DNA of 64,000 bases, taken from the NCBI RefSeq assembly GCF_022045235.1, contig NW_027266319.1, positions 41,106,001 through 41,170,000 on the forward strand. Direction: 5' to 3'. Below the pieces are notes generated by a model. That model was not told where the DNA came from. It ran no database searches and worked only from the letters and a program-made list of their open reading frames with translations. This DNA is from Haliotis cracherodii (lineage: Eukaryota). How positions within the stretch are numbered: position 1 is the first letter of the stretch; each line of letters begins with the position of its first letter. This document shows, piece after piece, positions 63,262 through 64,000 of the stretch. The position numbers and the translations under genes are program-made.

Positions 63262-63330
63262 TTAACCCCCTGGATGCCAGAGGGACATATATGTCCTTCC
63301 TCTACAACCCTCGCTTTGAAGTCGAATAAA
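63262..63330 (+). mobile_element. Possible left end of a piggyBac-like non-autonomous element
   Basis: TTAA|CCCCCTGGATGCC..GGGACATATATGTCC; partner end not seen in window. Confidence 0.35.
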
Positions 63331-64000
63331 ATTCAAAATACATCACCCACACAAATACACGTCACAGTTTTGAATAAGGTGGGAAATTCCCTGTTCTGTG
63401 ATATCATCCACTGCCATTTTAGTCCAAGCAAAATTATTGAAAATGACCTCTGAAAATTAGGCACATCGTAAATGTCGCCAATTTTTACACATTACTAAAT
63501 CACCACTCACGGGGTTATTTACAGCATGTTTTGAAATCAAAATTTAGGACATTTACTCGGAGAAATGAATTTCAAAAATAGTATATTAGTGATCACGGGT
63601 ATATGTATTTAATTAAATCACCAATGATCATTCCAAAACGTCTCCGATAACACGAGAATCGTTTCGAATGTTTTGGAAAATACGCAAACACGAACGCCGA
63701 AGTGAACTTTCCGCCATATTGGCTAGTGTTTACAAAATCACGTTTGAGGTACACCGGTTATGAGGCGCCTGTAACATCGTGTATATTTCAAACTTAGCTG
63801 CCATACACACATCCTTGAATTCCTCATACATTTTAGAATCAAATGACCAATGGTCTTTGTCACCAATACAAAGTGGCTGGATGAAATCAAGCAAAATATG
63901 TCAGGTGTGAAAACGAACGCTGTGCTCGAAAAACTGCACTTGTTTGAAATGTAAACAAAGCAAAATACAGATTTTACACAGTGTAGCTTTTCTCCAATTT

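Overview
Eukaryotic, repeat-rich animal genomic DNA. The SINE types suggest a mollusc, probably a gastropod such as abalone (inference only). The main feature is a cluster of seven caveolin-family genes, A(+, first exon outside window) ... B(-), C(-), D(-) | E(+), F(+), G(+). B-G each have a 16-18-codon exon (..NRDPNNINDH..), a phase-0 GT-AG intron and a 107-108-codon exon starting VxFEDxLAEP. The proteins are about 124-126 aa, lack the N-terminal extension, carry 13-16 Cys and mostly have a shortened C-terminal beta-strand. E/F/G coding exons are almost identical while their introns and flanks have diverged. A LicD/fukutin-related type II membrane protein gene lies between A and B; its WDDDxD motif reads WTGSAH. 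Also present: a tRNA-Asp(GTC) variant, three SINE families, a decayed mariner, decayed LINEs, a TIR/TSD-bounded MULE derivative, Penelope-type hammerhead ribozyme remnants, an unclassified ORF-bearing retroposon-like element, several minisatellites (one with higher-order structure) and a 160-nt assembly gap. Coordinates were read by eye; repeat boundaries are approximate.
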